Assembly (NCBI GenBank): GCA_903829075.1
Contig: CAIKOH010000064.1
Span: forward strand, 10,852 to 74,851
Length of the DNA stretch: 64,000 nucleotides
From: Candidatus Uhrbacteria bacterium
Lineage (GTDB): Bacteria; Patescibacteriota; Patescibacteriia; 2-12-FULL-60-25
Reading direction: 5' to 3'
In this document: positions 9,438 through 18,348 of the stretch, in pieces
Numbering within the stretch: the first letter of the stretch is position 1
Layout of the letters: each line of letters begins with the position of its first letter
The notes under the pieces: generated by a model
Database searches by the model: none
The model's input: the letters and a program-made list of their open reading frames with translations, nothing else
Told to the model about the DNA's origin: nothing
Made by a program: the position numbers and the translations under genes

Positions 9438-10040
9438 TTAGTTGGTGACGATCTCAAGTAAACCACGGCGCGCACCTGGAACCGCCCCTTTCAACACGAG
9501 AATTCCTCCGTCGCGGACCTCAATGACGCGCAATTTTTGAACCGTCACGCGCTCGTTCCCCATACGGCCAGCCATACGGCGACCTTTTAACACGTGCTGC
9601 ACACCACCGGCACCGATCGAACCAGGCATACGCTCTTGGTCTTTGTGACCGTGAGACGTTGGATGTCCATGAAAATGATGACGCTTGACCACGCCTTGAA
9701 ACCCTTTGCCCTTTGAGGTTCCGATCACATTGACGAGGTCGCCTGCCTGAAACACGCTGGCCTCGATCATGTCGCCACGCTTCATGGTTGGGGCTTCCTT
9801 CATGCGGAATTCCGCCAAATGACGCGAGGACGGAAGATCCTTGCAATGGCCGGCCTGAGCCTTGTTCAGACGGCGCTTCGTTTCAAACCCAATCTGTACA
9901 GCTTGATAGCCATCGGCGTCCTGGGTTTTCACCTGGGTGACCACACACGGACCAGCCTGAACCAACGTAACTGGAACGATCGTTCCGTCCGCCTGATACA
10001 CCTGACTCATGTCCATTTTTTTTGCGAGGATGAATTTCAT
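9438..10040 (-). CDS. rplC: 50S ribosomal protein L3
   Basis: The canonical N-terminus MKFILAKKMDMSQVYQADGTIVPVTLVQAGP starts at the ATG at 10040. The track ORF extends upstream into non-coding sequence. Confidence 0.9.
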   Translation of the reverse strand: MKFILAKKMDMSQVYQADGTIVPVTLVQAGPCVVTQVKTQDADGYQAVQIGFETKRRLNKAQAGHCKDLPSSRHLAEFRMKEAPTMKRGDMIEASVFQAGDLVNVIGTSKGKGFQGVVKRHHFHGHPTSHGHKDQERMPGSIGAGGVQHVLKGRRMAGRMGNERVTVQKLRVIEVRDGGILVLKGAVPGARRGLLEIVTN

Positions 10041-10299
10041 AACCAAAAAACCAGAAAGCTGCAGACGACGCGTCGTTCGCAACTCTCTGGTTTGGATAAA
10101 CAAGAAAAGCTGAATCGATCGCGACTCCTCGACCCACAGAAGGGCGAGTCCTCGGTTCAACGAAGATCTGCAAGGAGATTATCCCCTGCATGCAGGGGAA
10201 CTTGCTCCTTGGGAATCGTTTTAGGACGTTCTCACTCGTCGGTCCAGGAAAATCCTGAATGGACAGGTGAGAACGTCCTATGAATTTGACAGAACTGTA
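10041..10299 (-). promoter_or_regulatory. structured 259-nt rpsJ-rplC spacer ending in a terminator-like hairpin
   Basis: Perfect 13-bp stem: 10223-10235 pairs with 10267-10279. A 16-nt palindrome CCCCTGCATGCAGGGG lies at 10183-10198. A 7-bp stem (10049-10055 with 10086-10092) encloses the palindrome ACGACGCGTCGT. On the minus-strand RNA a U-run follows this stem, immediately before the rplC ATG. Confidence 0.4.
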
Positions 10300-10644
10300 C
10301 TACATCTTGATCGACACGTCAACCCCGGCTGGAATGTTCAAAGATGTCAATGAATCGATGGTTTTTGGATTTGGATCCAGGATGTCCACCAGGCGCTTAT
10401 GAATACGGGTTTCGTATTGTTCACGCGCATTTTTGTGAACAAACGTTGAACGATTTACTGTCCATTTTTGCTTTTCCGTTGGCAACGGGATTGGACCCAC
10501 CACCTGGGCTCCGCTGCGTTCAGCCGTTTCAATGATCATGCGCGTGGCCTGATCAATGATTTTATGGTCGTACGCAAAGATTTTGATGCGCATGCGGCGC
10601 GTCGCGTCTTTGACCGGTGCTGATTTAACCTTTGTATCTGACAT
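10300..10644 (-). CDS. rpsJ: 30S ribosomal protein S10
   Basis: 114 aa. Contains RMRIKIFAYDHKIIDQ and HKRLVDILDP. Uses a TAG stop. Confidence 0.92.
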   Translation of the reverse strand: MSDTKVKSAPVKDATRRMRIKIFAYDHKIIDQATRMIIETAERSGAQVVGPIPLPTEKQKWTVNRSTFVHKNAREQYETRIHKRLVDILDPNPKTIDSLTSLNIPAGVDVSIKM

Positions 10645-10671
10645 GTGGGTTGAAGAGGAAGGATGAATGAC

Positions 10672-11862
<1,191 letters not shown>

Positions 11863-11980
11863 AGTGCAAGAAGAAAAGAGAAGCGACGACGCGAAGGACG
11901 TCAATTCAGATTAAAGATAAGTGTAAGATAAACTCACGTGCACACGATAGTATCAGAAGCGAAAAAAAAGCGCAAGAGGC

Positions 11981-12391
11981 TCATACTCCGTCCTCTGCCG
12001 GCTCCAGGTAGAACCGTTCTTCGAGCCGTAATTCCGAATCAATCTCCTCCTGTACGCGCTCTTTTTTCTCTGCTGGGAGCGCGACCATTTCCACAACCTC
12101 GATCACCACTTCTTTCGAATTTTTCACCGGCTCGAACGAGGACTCTTCTGCCACAGACTCCTTTGCCAACGTCTCCAATCCCACGGCCACCCGCTCTTCT
12201 GCGAGCCGCGCCTGCTCCGGCGTTTTTGCGGGGGATGGGGCGCTCTGCGAGAGAACAGCTTGATCCCCTTCAATCAACCGTTCATACGCTTCTAGACTCA
12301 GAACCACGTACGGCTCGCGGCCAGCGACATCACTGACAATGACGGGCATGCGACTGCGTTGCGCAAGATTTAATACACGTTGCCAAGACAT
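11981..12391 (-). CDS. hypothetical acidic protein; N-terminal segment resembles Phd/YefM antitoxins
   Basis: 136 aa. MPVIVSDVAGREPYVVLSLEAYERLIEG resembles the Phd/YefM N-terminal fold. The rest is an E-rich tail. No toxin partner is adjacent. Confidence 0.55.
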   Translation of the reverse strand: MSWQRVLNLAQRSRMPVIVSDVAGREPYVVLSLEAYERLIEGDQAVLSQSAPSPAKTPEQARLAEERVAVGLETLAKESVAEESSFEPVKNSKEVVIEVVEMVALPAEKKERVQEEIDSELRLEERFYLEPAEDGV

Positions 12392-12480
12392 AGTGGAACC
12401 ATCTCAGCACACGATCGAACCTGCGACAAGATCAAAAAAGGATCACCCCTACCAACTATTCTTTCAAAAGACCCCCCCCC

Positions 12481-12519
12481 CTCAACAAAAAACTACCCGT
12501 TATCACACGGATAGTTTTT
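12481..12519 (-). terminator. probable intrinsic terminator after the 455-aa ORF
   Basis: A/T-flanked imperfect hairpin, AAAAAACTACCCG...CGGATAGTTTTT. On the minus strand it is followed by a run of 6 U. Confidence 0.4.
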
Positions 12520-12537
12520 CACCACCTTCATCATTAC

Positions 12538-13905
12538 CTAGAATCCTCCGCCAGAGGCTGATCCTCCTCCTGTGGACGACGTGAATCCATCCATCGAAGG
12601 TGGAGCAAACATAGATGAGGCGTTCGCATCAACCGGAGCGACTGGAGACTGGATCAGACCTGAAGGAATCGCTCCGCTTCCACCCATGGATTGACTCAGG
12701 GCCTGACTCAAGATCGCCAGGTCTTCGACGTCACCCATAAACGCATCGCTATTCGCCTCCAACGTCTTTACCTGCGTATACGCATCCTGCGTACGCGATA
12801 AAATATCCTCCAATTCACTCGTGTCTTTACCCGCCTTCTGCTGCTGCGCGACAAACAGTTGCGCGGCATGAATCTGATGAGCTACTTGCGTAAGAAAGCG
12901 GTTAGCGTCTCGGGCTGCCTGAATTTCCTGCATATCCGTCTGCAACAATTGCAACTGCGTCACAACAGAATCTTGAAGCGTGGACTGAATATCCTCAGGG
13001 CTGGTTCCATTCTGCATATCCTGCGTGATCTGCGCCCGCGCATCGTTCAGGGTCTGAAGAGCGCTGTCGCCTTCGGTTACGGCACTGGATGCGGAACTTG
13101 GTGCCGTCAACTTTGCTTTCGCCCAGCGCGTTTCTGTACGTTTTATCTGCGCATCCACTTTCTTGAGGATGCGCGGCAATTGCGAGAGCTGTTGTAATGC
13201 TTGATGACAGTCTTGCAACTGTTGGAATAAATCCGGCAGACCGTCTGCACCCGCATTCTGGACATCATCCATGGTTTGCGCGGCCTGTACTGCGTCCACA
13301 ATTGTCTGTGCTTGCCCAAGAGCATCCGCGCAATCCGATGAGATGGTAAGGCCGGCCTTTCTATATCCATCAAAACTGGTAGAGATGCGTTTCAACTGCT
13401 TTGCGGCTTGCGCAAACGATTTTTGCATACGAGCAAGCTGGTCCTTTTGCATCTGCTGCTGTTGCACATCCATCTGTTGTTGATCTGCCGAGGGACCATT
13501 CGCCGTGTCTGCGGTCGGAGGTTGTTCCTGATTCTGGTCCATCATCTTCCCAGGATCAGATGGCGCGGATGAGCTGCTGGAACTGGATCCGTCTGATGGA
13601 GCAATAAAATTCGAAGGCAACGGGACACCCGGAGGAACGGTTCCATTCCATGACGACGATGAAGAGCCTTGACTATCTGGTGATACTCCTTGATTCATCT
13701 GCCCTGAATCCGGAGGGACAAAATTAGACGGAACTTCCGGCGGCTTTGGTTCCTGTACCGCATCAGACGCAGCTAACCACATCTGAGTGCGCTCCATCTG
13801 CGGATGGAGGGTCGCCAATGACACGCCCGTTGTACCGATCATAAGCCCGATCAAACTCGAAGTTAAAGGACGGGCTTTTATATGTGCACTGAGAGCGCGT
13901 AGCAT
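12538..13905 (-). CDS. hypothetical membrane-anchored, Gln-rich coiled-coil protein
   Basis: Start moved to the ATG at 13905 (MLRALSAHIKARPLTSSLIGLMIGTTGVSLATL, a signal or anchor segment). The track start at 14109 would overlap rplK. Contains PSNF(V/I)xPxDG repeats, Ser runs, Q-rich helices and a Gly-rich C-terminus. Confidence 0.65.
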   Translation of the reverse strand: MLRALSAHIKARPLTSSLIGLMIGTTGVSLATLHPQMERTQMWLAASDAVQEPKPPEVPSNFVPPDSGQMNQGVSPDSQGSSSSSWNGTVPPGVPLPSNFIAPSDGSSSSSSSAPSDPGKMMDQNQEQPPTADTANGPSADQQQMDVQQQQMQKDQLARMQKSFAQAAKQLKRISTSFDGYRKAGLTISSDCADALGQAQTIVDAVQAAQTMDDVQNAGADGLPDLFQQLQDCHQALQQLSQLPRILKKVDAQIKRTETRWAKAKLTAPSSASSAVTEGDSALQTLNDARAQITQDMQNGTSPEDIQSTLQDSVVTQLQLLQTDMQEIQAARDANRFLTQVAHQIHAAQLFVAQQQKAGKDTSELEDILSRTQDAYTQVKTLEANSDAFMGDVEDLAILSQALSQSMGGSGAIPSGLIQSPVAPVDANASSMFAPPSMDGFTSSTGGGSASGGGF

Positions 13906-13998
13906 AGAATAGAAGAAATGAACGAAAAGAAGCTGCTGACAGTATACCAGTTTTTCCCCAAGAACTGGCCCCAGCTCCCAACAAACATGTGGATAACT

Positions 13999-14032
13999 AA
14001 AACGATCATGAATTCTCATGATCGTTTTTTTT
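13999..14032 (-). terminator. palindromic terminator after rplK
   Basis: 13-bp stem, AAAACGATCATGA-attc-TCATGATCGTTTT, 13 nt downstream of the rplK stop. Confidence 0.5.
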
Positions 14033-14044
14033 GATAGTTGATGG

Positions 14045-14470
14045 TTAGCCTTCAACTGTGAGACCCATATTGCGCGCGGTTCCTTCCACCTGACGCATCG
14101 CGGACTCAATGGTGTAGCCGTTTAGATCCCCCATTTTCTTTTCGGCGATGGCGCGCACGTGAGCGCGCGTCACTTTGCCGACTTTTTCGGTGGATGGCTT
14201 GGCCGAACCTTTGGTGATGTTCGCAGCCTTTTTCAACAGATCGGCGACCGGGGCGGTCTTCAGCTCAAAATCGTAGGTACGGTCCTCGTACAAACGAATG
14301 ATCGCTGGCACAACTTCGCCCAAACGATCTTGCGTCGCCGCATTGATACGTTGGCAAAATTCGGCAATGTTCATGCCGTGCTGACCGAGTGCCGGACCGA
14401 GTGGCGGGGCTGGAGTCGCCTTGCCTCCCATGACCTGCACCTTGATAATTGTTTTCAGTTTCTTTGCCAT
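14045..14470 (-). CDS. rplK: 50S ribosomal protein L11
   Basis: 141 aa. Contains KVQVMGGKATPAPPLGPALGQHGMNI. Confidence 0.92.
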   Translation of the reverse strand: MAKKLKTIIKVQVMGGKATPAPPLGPALGQHGMNIAEFCQRINAATQDRLGEVVPAIIRLYEDRTYDFELKTAPVADLLKKAANITKGSAKPSTEKVGKVTRAHVRAIAEKKMGDLNGYTIESAMRQVEGTARNMGLTVEG

Positions 14471-14482
14471 ATAAATAGGGTC

Positions 14483-15031
14483 TTATATCTTCTTTACTTG
14501 AGAAAAATCCAGCTCCAGCGGGGTTTCGCGACCAAACATGCTGACCAGCACCTTGACCTTCCCGCGTGAACCATCCACCTCCAGGACCTTGCCTTCGAAC
14601 CCTTTAAACGGCCCTTCGCCGATGTTTACGGCCATACCCGTTTGCAGATCAATCATGACCTCAGGTTCCTCGGTGGTCCCAACGCGATGAAGGATATCGC
14701 TAACTTCCTTTTCTGACAAGGGGCTAGGGGTGGTACCGGTTCCAATGAAGCCGGTCACGTTCGGGGTGTTGCGCACCACATACCAAGAAGCATCGTCGAC
14801 CAACATGTCGACCAGCACGTACCCCGGATAGATCTTTTCCTCTGATACGCGGCGTTTTCCGTTACGCATTTTGATCTTTTTCTCCTTTGGAACAAGGACT
14901 TGAAAGATTTTATCCTGCATCCCGAGCGTTGCGATACGGTGACGCAAATTTCCGGCGACATTTTCTTCGTACCCAGAGTAGGTATGGATGGCGAACCAAC
15001 GCCGTCCATAATCCGAGGTTTGCTTAGGCAT
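14483..15031 (-). CDS. nusG: transcription termination/antitermination factor NusG
   Basis: 182 aa. N-terminal region WFAIHTYSGYEENV. C-terminal KOW segment GEGPFKGFEGKVLEVD. Lies in secE-nusG-rplK order. Confidence 0.9.
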   Translation of the reverse strand: MPKQTSDYGRRWFAIHTYSGYEENVAGNLRHRIATLGMQDKIFQVLVPKEKKIKMRNGKRRVSEEKIYPGYVLVDMLVDDASWYVVRNTPNVTGFIGTGTTPSPLSEKEVSDILHRVGTTEEPEVMIDLQTGMAVNIGEGPFKGFEGKVLEVDGSRGKVKVLVSMFGRETPLELDFSQVKKI

Positions 15032-15036
15032 ACACG

Positions 15037-15441
15037 TTAAGGCTTGACAGGTGCGAGTGGTTTAGAGGGCGAAGGAACAGGAACTGCGTTGATCTGAACA
15101 TTGCCGCTTCCCGGCGTGGTTTGAACGGTTGGCGTGAGCTGAATATTATTTCCCTGAGCGGACGTCGCCGGAGTCACCTGGATCGAAGAGTCTGTGGATG
15201 AACTCGTGACCGTTGGCGTTGGCTGTGCGGCGCTATTCGCACCGATCTTTTGAGCGAGAATCGCTTGCACCCCATGGCTCAAGCCAAAATCCAACGTCGC
15301 AAAAAATGCCGCGATCACGACGGAAATCCCAATCACGAGCGCACTATAGCGGATCGTATCCTGACGCGTTGGCCAGTGGACCTTGGAAAATTCTTCACGT
15401 GAACTACGCAGATATTCTACCAAATTTTGTACAAAGCTCAT
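15037..15441 (-). CDS. secE: preprotein translocase subunit SecE with a C-terminal Thr/Ser/Pro-rich extension of about 70 aa
   Basis: EEFSKVHWPTRQDTIRYSALVIGISVVIAAFFATLDFG is the SecE core with its TM helix. Lies upstream of nusG. Confidence 0.8.
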   Translation of the reverse strand: MSFVQNLVEYLRSSREEFSKVHWPTRQDTIRYSALVIGISVVIAAFFATLDFGLSHGVQAILAQKIGANSAAQPTPTVTSSSTDSSIQVTPATSAQGNNIQLTPTVQTTPGSGNVQINAVPVPSPSKPLAPVKP

Positions 15442-15580
15442 ATTTTATCTTTTAAAAAAGACCCGCCTGGGTACTTATACAGAGAAAGATACAGGGTTTT
15501 CAGAGAAAGGTCAAGGGCGACGGATTTTTTCCAATCCCTTGCGATTCAGCTGTTCGTCTCGTATCCTACTTCTTGTTTCT

Positions 15581-17155
15581 ATGCCTCGCATTCAACCCGT
15601 TGTTCTTGCCATCATTGATGGGTTTGGCGTAGCGCCGGACTCTGAAGGAAATGCCATCACGCGGGCACGCATGCCGAACTATCGACATCTGGTGGAAACC
15701 TATCCGGCGATGACGGTGCAGGCTTCAGGTGCGGCGGTTGGATTAAGTTGGGGCGAGATGGGAAACTCCGAAGTGGGCCACATCACGATCGGTGCGGGAC
15801 GTATTTTTTATCAAAGCTTGCCGCGTATTAATATCTCGATCGCTGATGGCAATTTTTTTAAGAATCAGGCCTTCACGCAGGCCGTTCAACATGCGCGTGC
15901 GGCAAACGGGGCCGTGCATCTGATGGGTCTGGCTGGCGTCGGTGGCGTGCATGCATCACAAGAGCATCTATTCGCGTTACTTGAACTCTGTAAACGCGAA
16001 AAAATCTCTTCTGTTTTTGTGCACGCGTTTCTCGACGGACGCGATACGCAGTTTAATTCTGGATTGTCATTTATCCAAGACATCGAAACAAAAATGAAAG
16101 AATTGGGCGTAGGGCAGATCGCCACGCTTTCCGGTCGCCAATTTGCCATGGACCGCGATAATCACTGGGAGCGCGTCCAAAAAACGTATGACGCGATCGC
16201 GCTCGGTCAAGGGGAAACCGCAGCATCGGCAAGCGAAGCGATTCAAGCTTCTTACGACAAAAAAATCTTTGATGAGGAGTTTGTGCCGACCATCATCACG
16301 AAAAACGGTCAGCCGGTACGCATCGTTCAAGCCGGCGACAGCGTGATCTTTTTTAACTTTCGCCCTGATCGTGCACGCGAATTAACCAAGGCGTTTGTTC
16401 TTCCGACGTTTGAAAAATTTCCACGTACGTATCTTCAACATCTTTTTTTTGCAACGTTCACTGAATATGAAAAAGATCTCCCGGTCGAGGTCGCGTATCC
16501 GCCGCAAATCGTCGAGACCTGTCTCGCGCGCGTTGTTTCAGACGCTGGACTCAAACAATTGCATATCGCTGAAACGGAGAAGTATGCGCATGTCACATTT
16601 TTCTTGAATGGCATGCGTGAAGCCGCGTTTCCCGGGGAAGATCGCGTCATCATCCCCTCACCGCGCGTCTCCAGTTATGATCAGCAGCCACACATGTCCG
16701 CACTTGAAATCGCGAACCGCGTGGTGAAGGAGGTCGCGAGTGGAACATACGCATTCATCGTATTAAATTTTGCGAACCCAGACATGGTTGGCCACACCGG
16801 AAACCTCGAAGCAACGATCAGCGCCTGCGAAACCATCGACACAGCACTCGGACAGATCGTTGATGCCGTCCTCGCCACCGGCGGCGCACTTGTCATCACC
16901 GCAGATCACGGTAACGCTGAAGAGGTAAAAAACCTGGTCACTGGAGGCATGGACAAGGAACACTCAACCAATCCCGTGCCGCTCGTTGTGGTTACAAAAT
17001 CTTTGGAGGGTGTGCGCGCACCTGGTGGCGATATCATTGGTGGCGATTTGTCGATGGTAACACCGACAGGAATGTTGGCAGATGTAGCACCAACCGTCTG
17101 CAAACTTCTTGATATACAGCCAGCCGCGGATATGACGGGACAGGCACTGATTTAA
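15581..17155 (+). CDS. gpmI: 2,3-bisphosphoglycerate-independent phosphoglycerate mutase
   Basis: The ATG at 15581 gives MPRIQPVVLAIIDGFGVAPD. MGNSEVGHITIGAGR and ADHGNAE motifs are present. The upstream part of the track ORF overlaps the divergent secE gene. Confidence 0.92.
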   Translation: MPRIQPVVLAIIDGFGVAPDSEGNAITRARMPNYRHLVETYPAMTVQASGAAVGLSWGEMGNSEVGHITIGAGRIFYQSLPRINISIADGNFFKNQAFTQAVQHARAANGAVHLMGLAGVGGVHASQEHLFALLELCKREKISSVFVHAFLDGRDTQFNSGLSFIQDIETKMKELGVGQIATLSGRQFAMDRDNHWERVQKTYDAIALGQGETAASASEAIQASYDKKIFDEEFVPTIITKNGQPVRIVQAGDSVIFFNFRPDRARELTKAFVLPTFEKFPRTYLQHLFFATFTEYEKDLPVEVAYPPQIVETCLARVVSDAGLKQLHIAETEKYAHVTFFLNGMREAAFPGEDRVIIPSPRVSSYDQQPHMSALEIANRVVKEVASGTYAFIVLNFANPDMVGHTGNLEATISACETIDTALGQIVDAVLATGGALVITADHGNAEEVKNLVTGGMDKEHSTNPVPLVVVTKSLEGVRAPGGDIIGGDLSMVTPTGMLADVAPTVCKLLDIQPAADMTGQALI

Positions 17156-18153
17156 GAAAAAATACTCCGCTTATACGCTTCCAAATTTTCTAACGCAATC
17201 CCCGTCCCCTTCGCAACACACAGCTGCGGATTTTCTGCGACCACAGCCGGAACCCCTGTCGCTTCAGCGAACAAACGATCTAAGTTTCGCAACTGTGAAG
17301 AACCACCAGAGAGTACCATCCCCTTTTGCATGACGTCGGCAGACAATTCCGGAGGCGTTCCACGCAACACCTCCTTGATCGCTTCAACGATCCCCTGAAG
17401 TTCAAGCTGGATCGCATCCGTCACATCGTCGCTGGTGACCGTAATGACACGTGGTAACCCTGTGATCATGTCACGGCCTTTGATCTCCATGTCGAGCTTC
17501 TGTTCAAGATAGAGGGCGGAGCCAATACGAATTTTCATTTCTTCGGCGGTGCGTTCTCCAATCGCAAGGCCATATTTGCGACGTACATGCTCCTGCAACG
17601 CGCTGTCGAATTTATTGCCACCGATGCGCACAGATGCGGAAGACACGATGCCACCAAGTGAAATCACAGCGATCTCTGAGGTGCCTCCACCAATATCGAT
17701 AATCATGTGACCCGAAGCTGAACCGATCGGAATATCTGCGCCAATCGCGGCGACCACCGGTTCTTTGATGATGTAGGCAGCCTTAGCACCGGCAGACAAC
17801 GTCGCATCAATCACGGCGCGTCGTTCCGTGGAGGTGATGCCCCCAGGAACTGCGACCATGACCTCCGGACGAAAAAAATGGACACCACCAAGCGCCTTGT
17901 TGATGAAATATCGCAACATCGCCTCCGTCGTCTGATAATCCGCGATAACGCCGTCCTTCAACGGACGTCGGGCGACGATACTGTCCGGAGTTCGACCGAT
18001 CATCTCCTTCGCCTCTTTCCCTACGGTCAACACTTTTTTATCAATCAAAGATACCGCCACAACGGATGGTTCATGGATAATAATGCCTTTTTTGGGAACG
18101 TAGACCAGAACGGTCGTGGTTCCAAGATCAATCCCAATTTTTTTTCCAAACAT
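17152..18153 (-). CDS. mreB: rod shape-determining protein MreB
   Basis: The ATG at 18153 gives MFGKKIGIDLGTTTVLVYV. The actin-fold motif DIGGGTSEIAV is present. Its stop interlocks with the gpmI stop (TTAA, 4-nt convergent overlap). Confidence 0.9.
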   Translation of the reverse strand: MFGKKIGIDLGTTTVLVYVPKKGIIIHEPSVVAVSLIDKKVLTVGKEAKEMIGRTPDSIVARRPLKDGVIADYQTTEAMLRYFINKALGGVHFFRPEVMVAVPGGITSTERRAVIDATLSAGAKAAYIIKEPVVAAIGADIPIGSASGHMIIDIGGGTSEIAVISLGGIVSSASVRIGGNKFDSALQEHVRRKYGLAIGERTAEEMKIRIGSALYLEQKLDMEIKGRDMITGLPRVITVTSDDVTDAIQLELQGIVEAIKEVLRGTPPELSADVMQKGMVLSGGSSQLRNLDRLFAEATGVPAVVAENPQLCVAKGTGIALENLEAYKRSIFS

Positions 18154-18208
18154 AGAAAGAATGCTCGCCTGGTAAGACACGAGACGGTTTTGCCATGAAC
18201 AGCTTCGC

Positions 18209-18307
18209 GATTCATCCGTCATTGCAAGAGAGCGGACGACAAACCGATCTGTTCGACAGTGCATCGATCGAACAGATGATCCTGCTCCTTGCAATCACGA
18301 ATGAATC
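18209..18307. repeat. nested inverted repeat (~100-nt compound hairpin) in the DUF4012-mreB spacer
   Basis: Outer arms 18209-18228 and 18288-18307 match at 18 of 20 positions. Inner arms 18247-18256 and 18268-18277 form a perfect 10-bp stem. Confidence 0.55.
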
Positions 18308-18348
18308 GCCAAACACCCTTCAGGTCAAACCCGGTATTTCAAAGAACG

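Noticed and set aside
15383-15580. Upstream extensions of gpmI. The same issue applies to mreB (18154-18294), tuf (11863-11904), rplC (10041-10160), rplN (5256-5327) and the ABC permease (62270-62374).
   Set aside because: The canonical conserved N-termini begin at internal ATG codons. The extensions run into neighbouring genes or structured spacers.
17152-17155. 4-nt convergent overlap of the gpmI and mreB stop codons (TTAA) as a regulatory feature.
   Set aside because: This is probably just genome compaction. No structure or motif is associated with it.
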